From assembly GCA_019243975.1 (NCBI GenBank), contig JAFATL010000570.1:1-27286 (forward strand): DNA of 27,286 nt. Direction: 5' to 3'. The notes under the pieces were generated by a model. The model did not search any database. It saw only the letters and a list, made by a program, of their open reading frames with translations, and was not told the DNA's origin. Made by a program: the position numbers and the translations under genes. Positions 25,497 through 27,286 of the stretch are shown one piece after another (within the stretch, counting starts at the first letter, position 1; every line of letters starts with the position of its first letter). The stretch is from Actinomycetota bacterium. Lineage in GTDB: Bacteria; Actinomycetota; Acidimicrobiia; Acidimicrobiales; JAFATL01.

Positions 25497-25961
25497 CTAG
25501 AAGCTCATCGCTACTGGGAATTCGGCTGTCGAGATCGGCCCCACCAGCTGGACGCTGTAGGAACCGGCAAGACAGTTGAACCCGGCGATGCCGAAGGACA
25601 GGTTGCCGGCGCCATCCGACGTGAGGACAACCGGCGGCGTCACCCCATCGAACGTCACGGCACCGCAGTTGCCGCGCAGAAGCAACGAATCCACGGTGAC
25701 CGCCTCGAACGGCGCCAAACCATGGCACGCGGCAGACGTCCCGCCCGCGCCTTGCAACGTGAGCACGATTGTCTGCGGGGTCGCCGCGCAGAGCGATGGC
25801 GCCGCCGCTGGGGCTCCTCCCCCACCGCCGCCCCCGCCGCTGTGGTGGTGATGGTGATGATGGTGGCGGGCATGCGCGAGCGCGGGTGCCTCGAGCGTAA
25901 TGAGTCCGGCCACGAGAGCGATCACGATCGCCACGGCCAACTTCGCACCCGACTGCCTCAC
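25497..25961 (-). CDS. Small secreted protein with a His8-Gly tract after the signal peptide and a 4-Cys domain
   Basis: GTG 25961 has SD GAAGGAGG. APALA/HARHHHHHHHHSGGGGGGGG. Confidence 0.85.
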   Translation of the reverse strand: MRQSGAKLAVAIVIALVAGLITLEAPALAHARHHHHHHHHSGGGGGGGGAPAAAPSLCAATPQTIVLTLQGAGGTSAACHGLAPFEAVTVDSLLLRGNCGAVTFDGVTPPVVLTSDGAGNLSFGIAGFNCLAGSYSVQLVGPISTAEFPVAMSF

Positions 25962-26037
25962 GTGGAGCGCCTCCTTCGATCATCGAGCGAGTCGGCAGCG
26001 AAGCTAGGTGGCGCGTGTTACACGACCGCGCCCGACA

Positions 26038-26055
26038 TGTGAACACGGTGTGAAC
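26038..26055 (-). promoter_or_regulatory. GTTCACA-N4-GTTCACA direct repeat (PHO-box/OmpR-family-like)
   Basis: Two identical heptamers with an 11-bp period. Candidate -10 TAGCTT at 26006-26001. Confidence 0.55.
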
Positions 26056-26074
26056 GACTTCCGGGTGCAGACGC

Positions 26075-26112
26075 GCAAGGAGGAGGTGGGAACCGACCCA
26101 CCTCCTCCTTGC
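26075..26112. terminator. Perfect 16-bp stem / 6-nt loop hairpin, probable terminator of the repeat-protein gene
   Basis: GCAAGGAGGAGGTGGG-AACCGA-CCCACCTCCTCCTTGC, 7 nt after the TGA at 26120-26122. No U-tract. Confidence 0.75.
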
Positions 26113-26119
26113 ACAACTG

Positions 26120-27286
26120 TCAGGCGGATGCCTGTTTGATGTCGGTGGCGACGTCGGCGCCCAGGGCGTCGGCGTTGCCGGTGTCGATGTGCGCATGGCC
26201 ATCGTCGTTGTCGTCGCCGGTGTTCTTCACCGAGTTGTTGCCGGTGGCGGCTCGGGCGGACCCGAGGCCGGCGGCGTTGACGTTCTGCCCGACGTGGGCG
26301 ACCGTGCCGTTGGCGACGGCCGGAGTGGCCGCCATCTGGTCGACGGTGACGAGAGCCCGATCGCCGAGTGCGGTGGCATCGCCGGTCGACAGCCGCGTGT
26401 CGCTGTCGTTGTCACCGGTGGTCGCCAGAGCCGCACCGACGTCGGACACCCGTACCGGCTGGTCGATGAGGGTCACCGAAGTGCCCCACGCCGACGCCGA
26501 TTGGGTGACCGTCGTGGTCGCCAGGTTGCCCGTGGCGGTGGCCGTTCCTGTGGTCAACTCGGTCGCGTTGCCGTTGTGACCGGTGTTGGCCGTCGCCTTG
26601 CCGAGGTTCGTCACCGCGACGGGTTCGTCGATGATCGCCAGACCGTCGCCTGCGGCGATGGCGGACTGGCTCACGCCGGTGGTCGCCTCGTTACCGGTGG
26701 CCGTGGCCGGGCCGGTGAGGATGTCGGGTGGACCGGCGCCCGAGATCGCGCCCATGACGCGATTCGAGCGATCGGGGACCGTGGCCAGGGGGTCGACAGG
26801 CGTCGACGAGGTGTCAGCAGTCAGCGTGCTCGGCGTGTTCGTCCCCAGGGGGACAGCACTGACCGGCGCGGCGGAGCTCGAAACACTCGAACCCAGGTGC
26901 GTGCCCGAGAGCGGCACCGTGGGAGTCGTGCCGCCCGAGCTGGTCGGTAGTGGCGTGAGCGTGCCACCGAGCACCGTCTTGGCCAACGGAACGAGCTTGA
27001 GCGGCGCGCCGCCCGTCGACCCGTCGTCGGTGACACCGTTGTTGCCGGTGCGCGCGATGGCGACACCCCGGTTGGTGACATTCGCCGACTGGTCGATGAT
27101 CGATGCGCCGTGCTTGGTCGCGTTGGTCGTGGCCGACTGCATGACGTTCGTCGTCGCTATGTTTCCCTTGGCGACAGCCGGGCCCGTCTCGATCGACGCA
27201 TGGCCGTTCGAGGAGTTCGAGTCCGCCGACGTGTTCTGCGACGTGTTCCCGGATGCCTTGTTGCTGCCCGTGGTGGCAGCGGCAGT
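26120..27286 (-). CDS. Thr/Ala/Gly/Asn-rich repeat protein (beta-solenoid-like), 5' truncated by the window edge
   Basis: The frame stays open to 27286 (TAAATTGSNKASGNT...GHASIETG...). Four full ~50-55-aa repeats and one partial, consensus xTGxAxAxGNxAxTxVxQ...IxQxxxVxNxGxAxAxTGxN. Confidence 0.85.
   Translation of the reverse strand, partial: TAAATTGSNKASGNTSQNTSADSNSSNGHASIETGPAVAKGNIATTNVMQSATTNATKHGASIIDQSANVTNRGVAIARTGNNGVTDDGSTGGAPLKLVPLAKTVLGGTLTPLPTSSGGTTPTVPLSGTHLGSSVSSSAAPVSAVPLGTNTPSTLTADTSSTPVDPLATVPDRSNRVMGAISGAGPPDILTGPATATGNEATTGVSQSAIAAGDGLAIIDEPVAVTNLGKATANTGHNGNATELTTGTATATGNLATTTVTQSASAWGTSVTLIDQPVRVSDVGAALATTGDNDSDTRLSTGDATALGDRALVTVDQMAATPAVANGTVAHVGQNVNAAGLGSARAATGNNSVKNTGDDNDDGHAHIDTGNADALGADVATDIKQASA

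Noticed and set aside
26038-26053. CRP/GlxR site
   Set aside because: Reads TGTGA-N6-TGTGA, a direct repeat, not the TGTGA-N6-TCACA palindrome.
1-27286. Mobile elements, CRISPR arrays, tRNA/rRNA or defence islands
   Set aside because: No transposase or integrase motifs, regularly spaced repeats, RNA-gene signatures or obvious composition shift were seen by eye.

Overview
High-GC, actinobacterial-looking window (taxon inferred) with no mobile elements, RNA genes or CRISPR array that I can support. The left part (1-13443) is mostly recognisable. It holds the 3' end of a class III nucleotide cyclase, a tandem di-cupredoxin lipoprotein, and a TetR-regulated Rieske-oxygenase cluster (reductase, alpha subunit, 109-aa partner, SDR, amidohydrolase with an atypical metal motif). 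It continues with hsp20 plus a MerR regulator, a MaoC dehydratase, a REC-PP2C / CHASE3 kinase / Rcp1-like signalling module, an orphan Tat-lipoprotein sugar-binding protein and a hypothetical gene. The right part is the main candidate for an undescribed system: a tightly packed 10-gene minus-strand operon (25337 to 13449). It combines PstB/PstC/PstA, three PstS-fold exported proteins of decreasing fidelity, two surface proteins sharing an unnamed paralogous domain (one with LPRTG), a sortase-fold protein lacking its catalytic His and Cys, and a cluster-less Rrf2 regulator with a candidate 25-bp operator. Upstream lie a secreted His8 protein preceded by PHO-box-like 11-bp direct repeats and a truncated protein with beta-solenoid-like repeats. 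All calls come from motif reading only; no searches were run.
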